Below are positions 1 to 12,325 of a DNA stretch of 64,000 nucleotides, piece after piece. The translations under genes were made by a program, and so were the position numbers. How positions within the stretch are numbered: position 1 is the first letter of the stretch; each line of letters opens with the position of its first letter. The stretch is from Moniliella sp. 'wahieum' (lineage: Eukaryota), in contig RSEE01000006.1 in the NCBI GenBank assembly GCA_003971905.1, positions 1 through 64,000 of the forward strand, given 5' to 3'. Under the pieces are notes generated by a model. The model searched no databases. It was not told the DNA's origin and saw only the letters and a program-made list of their open reading frames with translations.

Positions 1-1411
1 GGGGATGGGAATGGGCATGGGTATGCCGCCCATGGGTATGCCTATCCCACCCAGTGGTGGAATGTACATCCCTTACCCTCACCCAGGATCTGGACCTGGA
101 CCTGGACCTGACCCATCTCCTTCCCACGGACCACCTTCTGCCGCTGCTTCTTCTTACCCTTCGTACCCTTCCTACCCTCCGCCGCACGGCTACCCCCCTC
201 ACCCTCACGCACACCCTCACCCGCACGCACACCCAGGGGGGACAGTCTACCCCCTCCCCCTCCGCCCTCGTGGATCGAAGCTCAACCCTCATACGTGCCC
301 GCGCTCGGCCCGCCTATCGGACTGACCATGCCCCCGCACGCACCACACAACCCACGGCGGAGCTCAATGATGCCCCCTGGGTCTGGTACCGTCGCCCCAC
401 CCCCAGGCCAGGGTCAAGGCAAGGCCAGGGTCAGGGACAAGTACAGGCTCAGGGGCCATTTCCGTCACGATCCTGGACCGACGTACACCTTACGCGTATG
501 CCTACCCCCCGGACCGGAGCCACACGCTCCTGTACTTTTGCCCGCGCTCATCCCATGGGAATGGAATGGGCGTGCCCTTGGCTGATCCCGCAGCTGCAGC
601 CAGCGGAAGCGGCCCTGGAGCAGGTGGTGGTGGTGGCGGCACAGGTGCATCAGGGGGAAGCAGTCGAACCACAGCGCCCAAGTACGAGTGTCAGTGGTGC
701 GGCAAACGTTTCACCCGCCCTTCGTCACTTAAGATTCACCACCACGTGCACACGGGGGAAAAACCGTACCTCTGCACTGTGCCGGGATGTTTACGCTCGT
801 TCTCGGTACAGATAATTTGCGGCGGCACAAAAGTCCCACCCGCCTGTCGCACTGGCTGCTGCGCAGGCGCAAGGCGAGGCGCAGGGGGCGCAGCCGGAGG
901 GAGAGCGGGGGCGCAGGTGGGTAAACGTCCCGTGTCGCAAGGTGCTCTGAGGGTCATGCTGAGGGGAGGAGGAGGAAGAGAAGAACTTGAGGTTGAAGAA
1001 GGCGAGGAGGGCGACGCTACAATCCCAACTCAAACCCAAACCCAACCCACGGGGGGGGAAAGTAAAACCCAAACCCAAACCCAAACCCAAACCCAAACGC
1101 CAGGAGAAGGAGAAGGAGAAGGAGAAGGAGAAGGAGAAGGGGAAGTGCACCAACAAGAAGCTAAACTTACCACCACGGTGGGTGGTACTCCCCCGCACCT
1201 TGATCCTACTTCCATTCCCACTGCCACGGGCGATGCCACTCCCACTCCCACTCCCAACTGCTCCCACTGCTACTGCTACTGCTGCCACGACCTCGGCGCC
1301 CAGCGCACCCGCGAGCGACCCCGACCCCGCACCTGCACCGTGCCTCACCCGCAGCAGGAGACGCAGCAGCAGCCAGACCCCGAGCCCGAGCCGGAGCCTA
1401 TGGTCACTTGA
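1..1411 (+). CDS. C2H2 zinc-finger transcription factor, 5' end outside the window
   Basis: [43 protein letters not shown] at about 680-810 is two C2H2 fingers with the canonical TGEKPY linker. It is flanked by Pro/Gly/His-rich low-complexity sequence. Frameshifts are present and the 3' end is approximate. Confidence 0.8.
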
Positions 1412-2199
1412 TGCGCGTCTTGCGTCCATTCGTCCGCCTCCGTCCGTCCGTACCTCATTCGTTCCCTCCCTTCCACCGTACGTTTTGTCCGTCCGTCCAC
1501 CCGTCCGTCCGTCCGTCCCTACCTATGCTCTGCTCTACCTTTGGGCCCTGTATCGTATCTGTATCTGTTTTGGCTTGGCTTTGGTTTGTGTTTGTGTTTG
1601 TGGGTGATGTGTATGGGTTCGCGACGGGCGGGAGAGCCAGGTGCCCCCCTCGCCTGCGCAGGCGATGAGCTGCGAGCAAGAAGCTGCGAGCTTCAAGATG
1701 TATTCGTGTTGCTTTCGTCATTTGTTTTCTATTTGTTTTGTTTTGTTTGTTTATGTGCTTGGTTGGGTGGGTGGGTGGTTTGTGGGTCGGGGAGCGAGCG
1801 GTAGGCGTATGTAGACTCCGAGTGGTGGTGAGGTGAGGTGAGGCGAGATGGGATGAGATGAGATGGTGTTTGTTAGTGTGACGTAAGAACATGCAGATCA
1901 GGACTAGGTGCGGAGTACGTGCCCTACGACCTGTTATCCGTCGTGAAGCACAGGCTATTACTACTGCTATGCTATACCCGGCTACTTCTACAGCACAACT
2001 ACTACCAGTGGAGTTCTCGTTTCTTCTTCACGGAGCTTTAGTTGCACAGCCAACACTCCACTTACTAGTTCTTGTTGCTCTCGCTTCTCGACTTCGCTTC
2101 CTCTATCACTACTCAACTTTCTCCATCTTTCGCTACCGTGGGCCGAATTCTCTGTGCCTATCTACGAAACCCACACCAATCGTCTACTCTTCGCTCGCG

Positions 2200-3120
2200 C
2201 TCATCTAAAATCCAAAACACTACTACACTGATGGTTTCGACTCGGGTTCTCGCCTCGTTTCTCGTCTCGGGTCCGCTTTGCCCTTTTTGACTCTCGTCTC
2301 GTCTCTCTTACCTCGTGCCTCTCGTGCTTGGTCCTCACAGTTAGTTGTTTCCTTTGACTCGTTTCCCCTTTTCGCTGGAGACCTCTGTTTGTTGGTCTTT
2401 CCCTTTGTCCCTCCTTCTCTATAAAACCTGCTGTTCTTCGATCCAATTGTGATTGCCCAAGCCGCCCACACCCTTCTCGTTCTTCTTCATCCTTCTTCTA
2501 GGCGAACTCCACTCTACATCAAGAAGCGCTTTTCCCCATTAGCGCTCAGCTCGCTTGCCCTCCTTCGCCCATCGGGACTCCCGCTTTCTCGTTCGGCTAC
2601 TGCCAAACGAACAGCAAAGCTCAGCGGCGACGCTTCTATGTTCACGCTAGTGTTCCAGTGTTCCTTGGACTTTGGACTCAAATGCGTCCAGTCCTCCGGG
2701 AGTACCTGAGTACTGAGTACTGAGAGTTTATTGTCTCCGATGGGCAGGCAAGGTCTCCGCCTGGGAAGCCAGCAAGTGCCCCGTGACACTCCTTGCCTTG
2801 TGCATGGTTCCTACTTGTTTGGTCAACCGCGTTGATCATGTTGGCATGGTTGGAATGAGCAACTGCAGATGAGAGAAAAGATGTTCTTGGGAATGATATA
2901 TGACTACTACCAGAGATCCGCCCTGCCCTCAGCCTGATAGGGACGATAGTGCACAGGAGAGAGTCGGACCACTCTGCAGAGCAGTAGAGCAGAGGCAGGT
3001 CACCCAACCACGTTGATCGTTAAACGCTGACATGCTGTTGGCAACCAATCGTGTCTGTGTGATGGTCCCCACTGCTGAATACGATCTACGAGATCTACGA
3101 GGGCCAAACCGCCAATTGAA
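2200..3120 (-). pseudogene. Heavily decayed Hsp70 relic (end of the ATPase domain through the substrate-binding domain and lid)
   Basis: Manual, colinear matches to the Hsp70 at 17575. VGTITQTRLVANSMSAFNDQR (3072-3010) vs [21 protein letters not shown] is 7/21 ungapped. IVPIRLRAGRISGSSHISFPRTS (2947-2879) vs [23 protein letters not shown] is 8/23 ungapped. These are followed by SVNIEAS (~TFDIDAN), KKDEEERE (~KAEDE) and SKNS (~AKN.LES). Confidence 0.5.
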
Positions 3121-3733
3121 TGAGCCATTTGGCACCATCAGCCGCAGTCTCTCGAGCAGATCGCAGCCCCGCCATGCGTCTCTTCTGCCAGCCCGAGTTT
3201 CACCCCGACCAGCCCACCGTGCTTGCTCTCGTGCCATCTCGCTTCTCGCATCGACGTCGGCCAGGAGGACCAGGGTGCGCCCACGACGGGAAGAAAGACC
3301 GACATAAGCCAGCTGACAACACGCGCACCGCACGCGCAGGCGCATGCGGTGACGTCATCCCACGCACGCAGTGGCGCTGTGCGGGAGGCGTGCTGCGCAT
3401 GACAGCCGCCACGGGGCCAGCCACTGCGCCAGCCCGCGCGTCGGCACTGCCCTGTGCCATCCCCGCGTGGCCCGAGCGCAGTGCCCGCCCGCACCACGCC
3501 TGTGTCTCTGGCCGCATCACGCATCACCCATGCATCACCCATGTGCGCTCCAGGCCACGTCCGCGCAGCCACAGCCCCCCACTAGGGTTGGCTGGGCGCC
3601 TGCGCCCCCCCTCCCCTCCACCTCTACGCGCACCGCCACCACCACCACCACCTCACCACCACCCCCATCCCCACCACCACCTCCACCACACCCCATCCCC
3701 ACCCCCATCCCCACCACCACCACCACCACCACC

Positions 3734-5218
3734 ATGCCCCCCCTCCCCTCCCCCTCCCGCTCCTCGCCGTCGCCGCCGTCAAGTACAAGAGCCCCCACCG
3801 TGGCGACCTTACCTTTGCCAAGGCGAGACGGTCCGTGTCCTGGCCCGCGCCCCGCCCACCGACGACACTCCCGCCGATGACGACGACGATGACGATGACG
3901 AATGGTTTGTCGAGAGAAGCTTGGACCACACCCGCCACGGCACTTTCCCCGGTGGCTTTGTCACTTTTTTGCCCCCGGAGCAGCAGCCTCACCCCGACCC
4001 CGACCCTGACCATGGCCCTGACACCCACGCGCTACCGCAACTCCCATCGCAAGTCCAACCTGACCCTACCCTCCAACCCCCACCGCAACCTGCGCCCCAG
4101 TCCCCCGAGGCCGAAGCCGTGTCGGTGCCGGTACCGGTGTCTGCACCGCATCCCGACCCCGTGCTGGACCCTACGCCGGCACCGGTCGCCCCCCCCCCGC
4201 GCGCTCTTCTCCCCCGGCTGCGGCATCGTTGCCTTCTTCCCAGCCCGTCGCCCCGAGCCACCCAGAACCGGCACCGCCACCGGCACCGGCACCGGAACCA
4301 ACGTCGAAACAGGAACTGGACTCAGAAGTGGAAGCAGGTGCAGGTGCAGGTGCAGGCGTAGGGGCAGGACCTTCTGCGCAGCCCCCACCCCTCTTGCTCC
4401 CGCTGCGCTTCCAGCCCCTTGGATCGACGGCGGCACCCTCGGCCTCGGAGGAAGCGCCTGCTGCACCGGCGCCTGCTTCGTCCACTTCGGCTCTGGCTCC
4501 TGCGGCCGTTTCCGCTCCCGCGCCCGCTGCCGTTTCTGCTCCCGCTGCCGCCCCCGCCTCCACTCTTCCCCCGGCCCCGGCCGCGCACAAACATCCGCCC
4601 CCTGCAGTGCCCAAGAAAAGCAATGCGCTGCGGACCGGATTGCCGCGTTCAACAAACCCAGCGAAGCGCCGGCTCCGCCGCCCTTCACCGCACGGGTGCA
4701 GGCTGGCGTCGCCCCCCACCCACTGCGGGCGACAAGCCCATCCAGCCGCCTCCCCACCCCTGGTACCGCCTTTCGCCCACCTAGCTCCACTCCGGCCCAC
4801 GCGAGCTCGGTAAGCTCTACAACCGCTCCTGCGCCAGTAGCTGCGCGCGCCCCTAGTCCAGCTCCGGCCGAGGCGGGGTCGGGTGGGTCCGGCGAGTCGG
4901 GTGCACAGGGCGCGTCGACGGGATCGGAAGGACCCGGGGATTTAGTGCAGCCGATGCCAAGTCGTCCATCAAGATGTCGCTCAAGGAACGCATGGCGGCC
5001 CTGCAACGTGTGGCGCAGGCGACGAGCCTACTTCGTCGACTACCCGCGCTCCGCCACCTCTTGCGCCCAAACCCGGTCGCTTGACCTCGGATCGTCGCGC
5101 GGCAGCGTTGGCGGGCATTGGAACGGGCAGCTCGGCGGTTCCGGCTGCACCTAAGCCCACGTCGGACGACCCGGAATCCGCCCGCACCCGCTGCCCCCGA
5201 TCAAGGGCACGATCCCAC

Positions 5219-5249
<31 letters not shown>

Positions 5250-8200
5250 ACCGAGGCCGATGCGGAGCACGACGACGGCTCTCCTGCTGCGGACCACGAG
5301 GCCGACCCACCTGCCGAGCGACGGAAGAGCAAAAGCAAGCTGAAGCCGAAGCGGCCGCGGCGGCCGAGCGTAAAGCCGCCATTCTGCGTCGTCTCCAGAC
5401 CACGGGCGGGATGAAATTGGCGCACCGCCGCCACCGCTGTTTGGTGCCCCGGCCGCGTCCAAGCCGCCGCCGCCGCAGGCCGACGAGGGCACGACGGAGG
5501 AAGAGGTGTTCCCCTCGGACGACGAGGAGGGGGAGAAGGAGAAGCAGAAGAGAAGAAGGAGGCAGATTCTGAAGAACCACCACAGGAAGAGCAGGATGAA
5601 GCGACGCGCAAAGCTGCCATCTTGCGTCGTCTCCAAGCGGGAGGCGGGATGAACATGTTTGGTGCCCCGGCTCCAGCGGCTCCAGCGGTCCCTGCTACCC
5701 CTGCTCCACCTGCTCCGGCTCCGGCTCCGGCTGCTGGTCTTGCCCAACACGAAGAGACAACGGACGAACCGGGTCTGTTTGACGACGAGGACGACGAGGG
5801 GGGGGTAGTAACAAGTGCACCTCCCCCTCCGGTCCCAGTGAACCACAATAAACCCGCTGCATCCGTGCCCGCTGCTCCTGCCCCGGCTGGGGGGCGTCCA
5901 GCTCCTCCACGCCGCGTTGCGCCCCCGCGTCGCACGGCAACCACCCACGAGCCTGCTCATGCCCCCACGCAGGACACGGGGGCGCTGTGCCTGTCGCTCC
6001 AGCCCCAACTGTCCCAGCTGGCAAACCTGCTGCTGCTCCTGCTGCTCCTGCTGCTGCTCCTGGTGCTTCTGGTGCTACGCCCGGTGCAGACCAGCCCACC
6101 TTACTGGTCCCCCTCCCACTGTGGCGCGCTCGGACGATGCAACGTCGGCGGCGCAGGACGAGACGGGGTCTTTGTTGCCCCCCTCGTTTGATCGTCGCGA
6201 TTCGGTCAACAGTGCTTGGACCATGCCGCTGGGTCCGGACGAGATGGCCCAGAATCAGTTGGCTCTGGACCAGTTCTTGGCGGGCCGGCGCCCGTCGCAC
6301 CTGTCCATCCACCGCCCGTCCCTTCCCGCCAGTTGGAACCCGAAGCCCAGGAGGAGGAAGCCAGTTTGCCACGAGCACGGACGAGCATGAGGAGGAGCAG
6401 GCGCAGGAGCAGGAGCAGGAGCAAGAACAAGGTGATGCAACGCCAACGGAAGCGGAACCAATGTCGGCCGTGACAGCACGTACACCCATCCCGCCTCCTC
6501 ATGCTGCCCGGTGCCACCTACCTTGCCCTCTCCTACCGTTCCCGCACCTCAGCCACCCGCCCCGGCCATTCGCGCGCCCAAGCCACGGATGGCGGAGCCC
6601 TCTCCGGCGGAGGAGTTTGACCACGTTGAGCCCCCTACTGCTGCCACCACTACCCAACAGCCGGCTCAACCGGCTGCCTTGTTCCCTTCCCATGAACCGG
6701 ACCAAGTGCAGGAGCCGCACGAAGTTACGCCAGAGGAACAAGAGCAGCAAGAAGAGCGGGACCGCCGTGCGCGCTTGGCGGAACGAATGGCACGCTTGGG
6801 CGGGCATAAGATTGGCGGAGCGCCGTTCCCGTTGGTGGGATGGGCGCCCCGATGCCCCCGCGGCAGAGGGACGTGGTCGCGCAGGAGATCCAACAGGAGG
6901 CCCAGCAACAGGCTGAGGAAGGCGCGGCAGCGGCAGCGGCGACGGAGAGCCGGCGGACGTGCCGCCTCGGCGGCGTGGAGTACCCTTGGGGGGCGTGGCC
7001 ATCCCGGGCTTTGCGCCCCGCTCGCACGTCGACGAAGCGCATGAGCCCGACGACCCGCATGAGTCGGAGCAGCGCCAGGACGAACCACGAGCTCAGCTGG
7101 AAGCTGCCCCGCTGCACGCCCACTCGCCCGTCGAGGCGCCCTTGGACGACTGGGCAGCCAACGCGACGGCCGCGCTGCAGTATGCCGCCGAGGGACGCTC
7201 AAGCGAGGACAGCGTGCCCCCCGCCGCCTCCCCGACGAAAGCGCCCCCGGCTCCCAGCCTTGCTCGCTCGCCTTCTTCCAGCGCGCCCACGCGCCCGCCC
7301 CCGCGTCGCCCGCCGTCGGGGCCGCCTCCGATGCCCGCCTCGCCCCCGCCCGTGCCGCGTGGGTACACGGGCACGCCCCCGCCTGTGCCGCGGGGATACA
7401 CGGGCTCGCCTGCCCCGGCCCATCCGCCGCCCCCGCCACCTGCCAAGCGTGTCTCCATCTCCTCTGGTTCGCTTGGCGCTGACCGGCGCACGAGCCTCGA
7501 CCGTCGCACCAGCCTGGACCAGCGCACGAGCCTCGAGCGCAAGCCCACCTTGCCCCCCGTGCATGCGCCGCCGCCGCCTCCACCAGGAGGCAAGCCTTCG
7601 GTGCCCTTTGCCCCGGCACGTACGCCGCCGCCCCCGACGCGACGGACGAGCAGCGTGGGATCCCATCCGGACGAGTCAGATGCTGGCTACCCGTCCCTCG
7701 GATCGGCCGGGATGGGCGTGAGCGCGTCGGCGCCTCTGCATCCGCTTGCGCCTACAGCTAGTGCTTCGCCCACGGCTGTCGCACCCACTGTCTCACCCAC
7801 CGCTGCCAACGCACAACGGCAAGCCAGTGTGTCCAGCGCTTTTCGCGCTTGGGCGGAGCCCGCGATTTGGACTTGATGCCCACCACGCGCTGGTGGCGTT
7901 CGTCGCCACTTCAGTTGCCACCTACCATGGTAGGCCGGAAAGATGTACTGGTGCGCACCCAGTCCTCGACCGAAACGAGCCAGGGCGAAACGATCCACCA
8001 GATCCAAGTGCGCATCTTGTACGAAGATTATTTCCAGACCGGTACGTACACACTAGTTTCCCTTTTGGCCTTGTTTCTTCCTCTGGTTGGGTTTGGGGGT
8101 TGGATGAGATTGATGACTAACGTTTGAAAATGGCAGTGGTGACGGTGGTGTTTGAAGAGAATGCCACGACGGAGGAAGGGACCGAGTTGACGCAGGTGCA

Positions 8201-8720
8201 TGTGCCTGCGCCGCCTGCGGCTACGACAGAGCAACTGCGCTTGTGGGCCGGCAAGACGGGTGCCGTGTTGGCCGCGACAGCCGCCTCGTTGGCCACGGGC
8301 AAAAACGTTAAAGCGATTGGGGATGGATCGTCGCGCGCACTGCTTGACGCATGCTTTGCTCCCAACCCTGCCTTGCTCCCTCCCGTCGGCTCCACATTCG
8401 GTGCGCCGTCCTGGTCCAAGCGGGCCAGGCTACCACGGAACATGCTGACGACCCTCGCGCCGGCGACGTGGTGGTCTGTCGTGGCGCCTCCTTGGCCGGC
8501 CGCAAAGGGTTGGCCAACTACCACCTTCACTTGGGCTCGGCCGCTGACCCCCTGGTCGGCATCTGCATCGAATTCGAAGACCGCAAACGGAAAGTGCGCG
8601 CCGTGGTACGGGCAAGAAGAAGGTGGAAGAAGTCTCGATTCGCTTGGACGACTTGAAATCCGGTACTATCCTCTTGGCCCGCCCCGTCCCGCCAGAGGAT
8701 ACCTCCAAGGTTGGGAGTAG
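3734..8720 (+). CDS. SH3-domain, proline-rich actin-patch protein, Bbc1/Mti1-like
   Basis: N-terminal SH3 after frameshift correction (KYKSPHRGDLTFAK-GETVRVL...DEWFVERSLDHTRHGTFPGGFV). Then a long Pro/Ala/Glu-rich middle with RRAALAERMARLGG-type helices and MSLKERMAALQ, and a globular C-terminus (DLMPTTRWW...IGDGSSRALLDACF...). Intron at about 8042-8136. Many frameshifts. Confidence 0.7.
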
Positions 8721-10099
8721 GAGTAGGAGTACAAGTTGAGCTTGGGGTTGGGTGGGGTTGGAGTAGGGCTGCGATTGGGCGACTTGCGTTGGTCGGTCTC
8801 GCTGCAGTCTGTTCTCGACCCCGACGCGTCCCTGCTCCTGGCCCAGTCGGCGTCGCGAGACCGTTCGGTCGGAACGAAGCGTAGCGTTCTTGTCCTGTGC
8901 CTGGACAATGGAAGGAGAGCTGAGGGAACGAACGACTGGACAATTGCCCCCCCCCCCCACACCTCCCTCTCCTCTGGCCTCTTTTCCCCCTTCCCTTTTT
9001 TTGGTTTGTGTTTTCTTTCACCCTGGATCGGCTCGATCTGTGGACAAGTGCAATGCGTTTTGTTTTCTTGATTGCAAGTTGGGTGGCGCCCAGTTGGGGT
9101 TGGGGTTGGGGTTGGGGTTGGTAGATTTGTAGATGCATGATGATGGGGGTCAATATTCGGTCTAGGGGGGGCCTTGGTGGGCCTGACAGAGGTTTCAAGT
9201 AGCACGAACCGACAGAACATGGCCAGTGGCTGGCAACGAGACATAACACAAAAGCACGGAAAGAGGGGAAAGAGGGGTGCTGCGCGCGCCGGGCACAGGG
9301 CGGTTTTAGCCCCGCGCTTGTTGGTGGTCACGTCGTCAACATATATGTAGGCAAGTTATCATATATATCATCATCACATCTTCCACACAGCCTGCCAGCG
9401 TGCTGTCAAACCACCGGCTTTGCATCCCCGATCCTCTCTTTATATCTCCTTTACATCAACACCACATCCGCCCTCTCTCGTTTGCTGCCAATCAGAATCG
9501 CATCAACCGCTTCTGCTTCGCCACCAATCCCACGCCCCACCGTCGTGCTCTGGAAAGACAAAACCCTTCTCAGTGCTTTGTGGCCTGCTAAGGACCGCCC
9601 AGTACGATAAATCCAGGGTGCTTCTCTCACATCCCAGAGTCAATTTGGACTCCTCTTTGGTTGGCAACAGAGGCAAACCTTTCGGAAAGCTATCAGACTA
9701 CAACAAACGGGCTATGACGTCCACACATGGCATGGACCATGTCTGTCCGCCTAAAGAGATTGCGTTTATCTCCCTGCTCTGGACACTATCATAAGGAGAG
9801 AAGGAAAGGAAACATTCTGTCCCTGTCTGTCCCTTGATATCAGAACATCCCGGTTGTTGTCGAATCTCAAAAAAACATCCATCGTGGTCAAGTGACATGG
9901 AGCTACGTTGCTCGTAGGCTACACACATCGAGTGTTCAAGGCAGTGTCTTCGACCCCAACTAGTTCGCAAACAGCTTCTCCTTACTCGTGCAACAAATGA
10001 CACCTCTCCAGCTCTCTGCATTAAAATCAAAAAGGCTACTCTAGTATAACTGTGTTGTCATCAATCTTGTCGCGAAGTACCTGGACGACTTGTGATTTT

Positions 10100-11130
10100 C
10101 GGACTATAGAGCCACAGGCATTACCAGCCGAGCTGCAGAGACTTTGGAAGACAACGCGTCAGGCCTCACACCCAACCTGTGCAAGTGCGTCGAGCGGGAC
10201 CGGGACCAGATTCGGGAGGATGGGCTGCAGGTCCTGGGCACTTCTTGTGTGGGAGGGGTACTAATAAGACCAGTGCCATCGATCGTGGCTCCGGGACCAA
10301 CTGGCCAACCTGAGGCAGAACATGCCCAAGTTTGATGGCAGCACCAGTCAAGGACGCCTCTTACTATGGCGGTACAGTACTCAGACCAAGTTGCGCCACC
10401 TCCGCGCTATACAGATGGAAGGTGAGCTGGAAGATGTACTGTGGCCGTGCTGGTCGAGATTGATGCTTTCATCTGTACCGCGTTCAGACGCGGATCCGGG
10501 GCGACGAGAGGACCTCCACCGTGTCAAGGACGAACACTTCGGCACGCTCATGAGCCTGCCTCTCCGGATGGGAGGATTCGGCAGTCCGCTTTATTAGTAT
10601 ATATTGCGCCCACGCACGTGCTGCCAACGAGGTCAACCACTATCTTAATACCACTTTTGTTGACCGATCTCGGGAGCTCACACGGCCCGGCAAATGCATT
10701 TACGAACAACGCCAGCCTGCCGGGCGATGTGGAAGAAGACCCGGCAAGAGCCGCTCCAGAAGCTGGACGATGCCAATGGTCGCCATGTGGTTGAGCCCAG
10801 CAACCCGCTCAGTCACACTTGGCTCTCTTCCATTCCATCCGCCCCGTTCGTTTGGCTCACCGGTAAGCAGTTTTAGGTTGGTCTCCGGCTGGGCACGCTG
10901 TACCGCTCCACGTGCAGCATGTGCAAGTGCGGGGTCATGTCCTCGCTTGGGCACATCATGGCTTGCACCTGCAGACAGGCCGAGTTTGGTGCAATGCATG
11001 AGGCAGTGCCGGAGCCATTATCCAGCTCGTGTGCTCCATCCCCAACACCCACGTCCCAACGGGCCCACTGTGAAGGAAGAGGATGAGACAAGGGGCGGGA
11101 TGAAGGCAATACTCACTGACGACTACGCAT
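10100..11130 (+). mobile_element. Decayed non-LTR retrotransposon fragment, CRE/SLACS clade (Cnl1-like), RT C-terminal/thumb region
   Basis: Ordered motifs across frames: GLTPNLCKC, GLQVLG, QGRLLLWRY..KLRHL, SLPLRMGGFG, WLSSIP. These resemble the GL.LN..K, G..vLG, LLLR...L.HL, LP...GG.G and WL..lP motifs of CRE-type elements. No intact RT catalytic YxDD was seen. Confidence 0.55.
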
Positions 11131-11399
11131 GAAGGGGCCTGGCGCAATCGGAGGCTCAGGAATGGAGGTGGACCACACGCTGTGCGACTCCGGAACGCAG
11201 GAGGCGCAGGCCACGTACCTGAAGGTGGTACATTAGAGCACCGCGACGCCTTTGGAATGCCGGGAGAAGGAGCTGCATCGTCTGTTGGAGCAAGCAGAAA
11301 GCGACAAGAACACCAGGTACCAGTAGTAGGGACGCACGCAGGAACCGTGTTTTGACGACGCAAGAGGATCAAATTGCGCCACCAAGACAGTGAGCAACT

Positions 11400-11675
11400 A
11401 GATGCTTGGGCACTGAAAGGATTTGACTACTGACACTCAATGTGGATATGGTTCACCGCTCGAATATCTACCGCGTTCATCCGTATCCACACACGTTTCC
11501 TCGATGGGAAGGAATGGCGGGCACCAGAAGGTCCAAATCTCCTGGCAATTCCCTGGTTCCTTAAGCTGGGTTGGCGCTAACAGGCGGCATACGCCGCATG
11601 AACAGGTTGGTTTAGTCGCAGCGTTCTTTTCCCAGCCTTAAGCTCTGGCAATGATATGGTTGCAGTATAGAGATT
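11400..11675. repeat. Dispersed diverged repeat of about 270 bp, copy 1 (direct with 60311-60585; its 3' part also at 19961-20020)
   Basis: Shared blocks, copy 1 vs copy at 60311: aaggatttgactact/aaggatttggctact, gttcatccgtatccacac/gttcatccgtgtccacac, tcctggcaattccctggttccttaa/tcctggcgatcccccgggctccttaa, tttagtcgcagcgtt/tttagacgtagcgtt, gctctggcaatg/gctctgtcaatg. Confidence 0.8.
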
Positions 11676-12155
11676 GAATGATTTATACTTGTGGTCGTGA
11701 ACCCTTGCTAGTTCTCTCTGAGTTGAGCGACCAAAATTCGGGGTTAGTTTCCCGATCTGTGCATATATCAAAGCCCTCCCTTGATATACGTTTCTCTCTC
11801 ATTCCTGTGACTGAAGGCAGAGAACCTATACTTTACGTGAGCCTTTTATTGTTCTGACTGTTCCCGTTCTTGGTTGAGAGTGCGAAAAGTTTTCATCAAT
11901 TGGTCGATGTTCCTTTGTGAGATCCCACGGTACCAATGGCCTCTTGATCCCTTCGTTATTTCTTGATTGCGGTACTTATTCCTCACGTATCCTATCCGTA
12001 TAGCCCGCTATTGATTCATGCTCTCTTTCCTGGTAGAGGGCAATAATTGTGTTTTCCTTTCGTCGTCTTCATCGTTTTATCAACTTTATCCTTTTCCTAG
12101 CCATCATCATCGTACACAGCTGATGACGAAAAGACATCATTTATGTTTATGATAT

Positions 12156-12283
12156 AAAATACCTTCAAAAATGTCAGAGGAGTAATTTGCCGCGGGTGAG
12201 GCAATTCTGTCAGCGCGCTGCAGGTCAGTGACGTCGTCGATGTCACCACCCTGAACGTCAAATATGTCCTCGATGTCATCCCC
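12156..12283 (-). repeat. 128-bp inverted repeat, left copy (partner at 19834-19960)
   Basis: Its reverse complement matches 19834-19960 with 5 substitutions (all transitions) and one 1-bp indel. Confidence 0.95.
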
Positions 12284-12325
12284 CTGCAGGTCGGTGATGT
12301 CGCCGACGTCACCCCCTTTAACGTC
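12218..12325 (-). repeat. Degenerate 33-nt tandem repeat (about 3.3 units)
   Basis: Minus-strand translation DVKGGDVGDIT / DLQGDDIEDIF / DVQGGDIDDVT / DLQ. Confidence 0.8.

Noticed and set aside
9600..10030. Another possible Hsp70-like relic on the minus strand (DHDGCFFEIR; EINAISLGGQTWSMPCV)
   Set aside because: The similarity to DDGIFEVK and [16 protein letters not shown] is too weak to call by eye. It should be included in the HMM test but is not reported as a feature.
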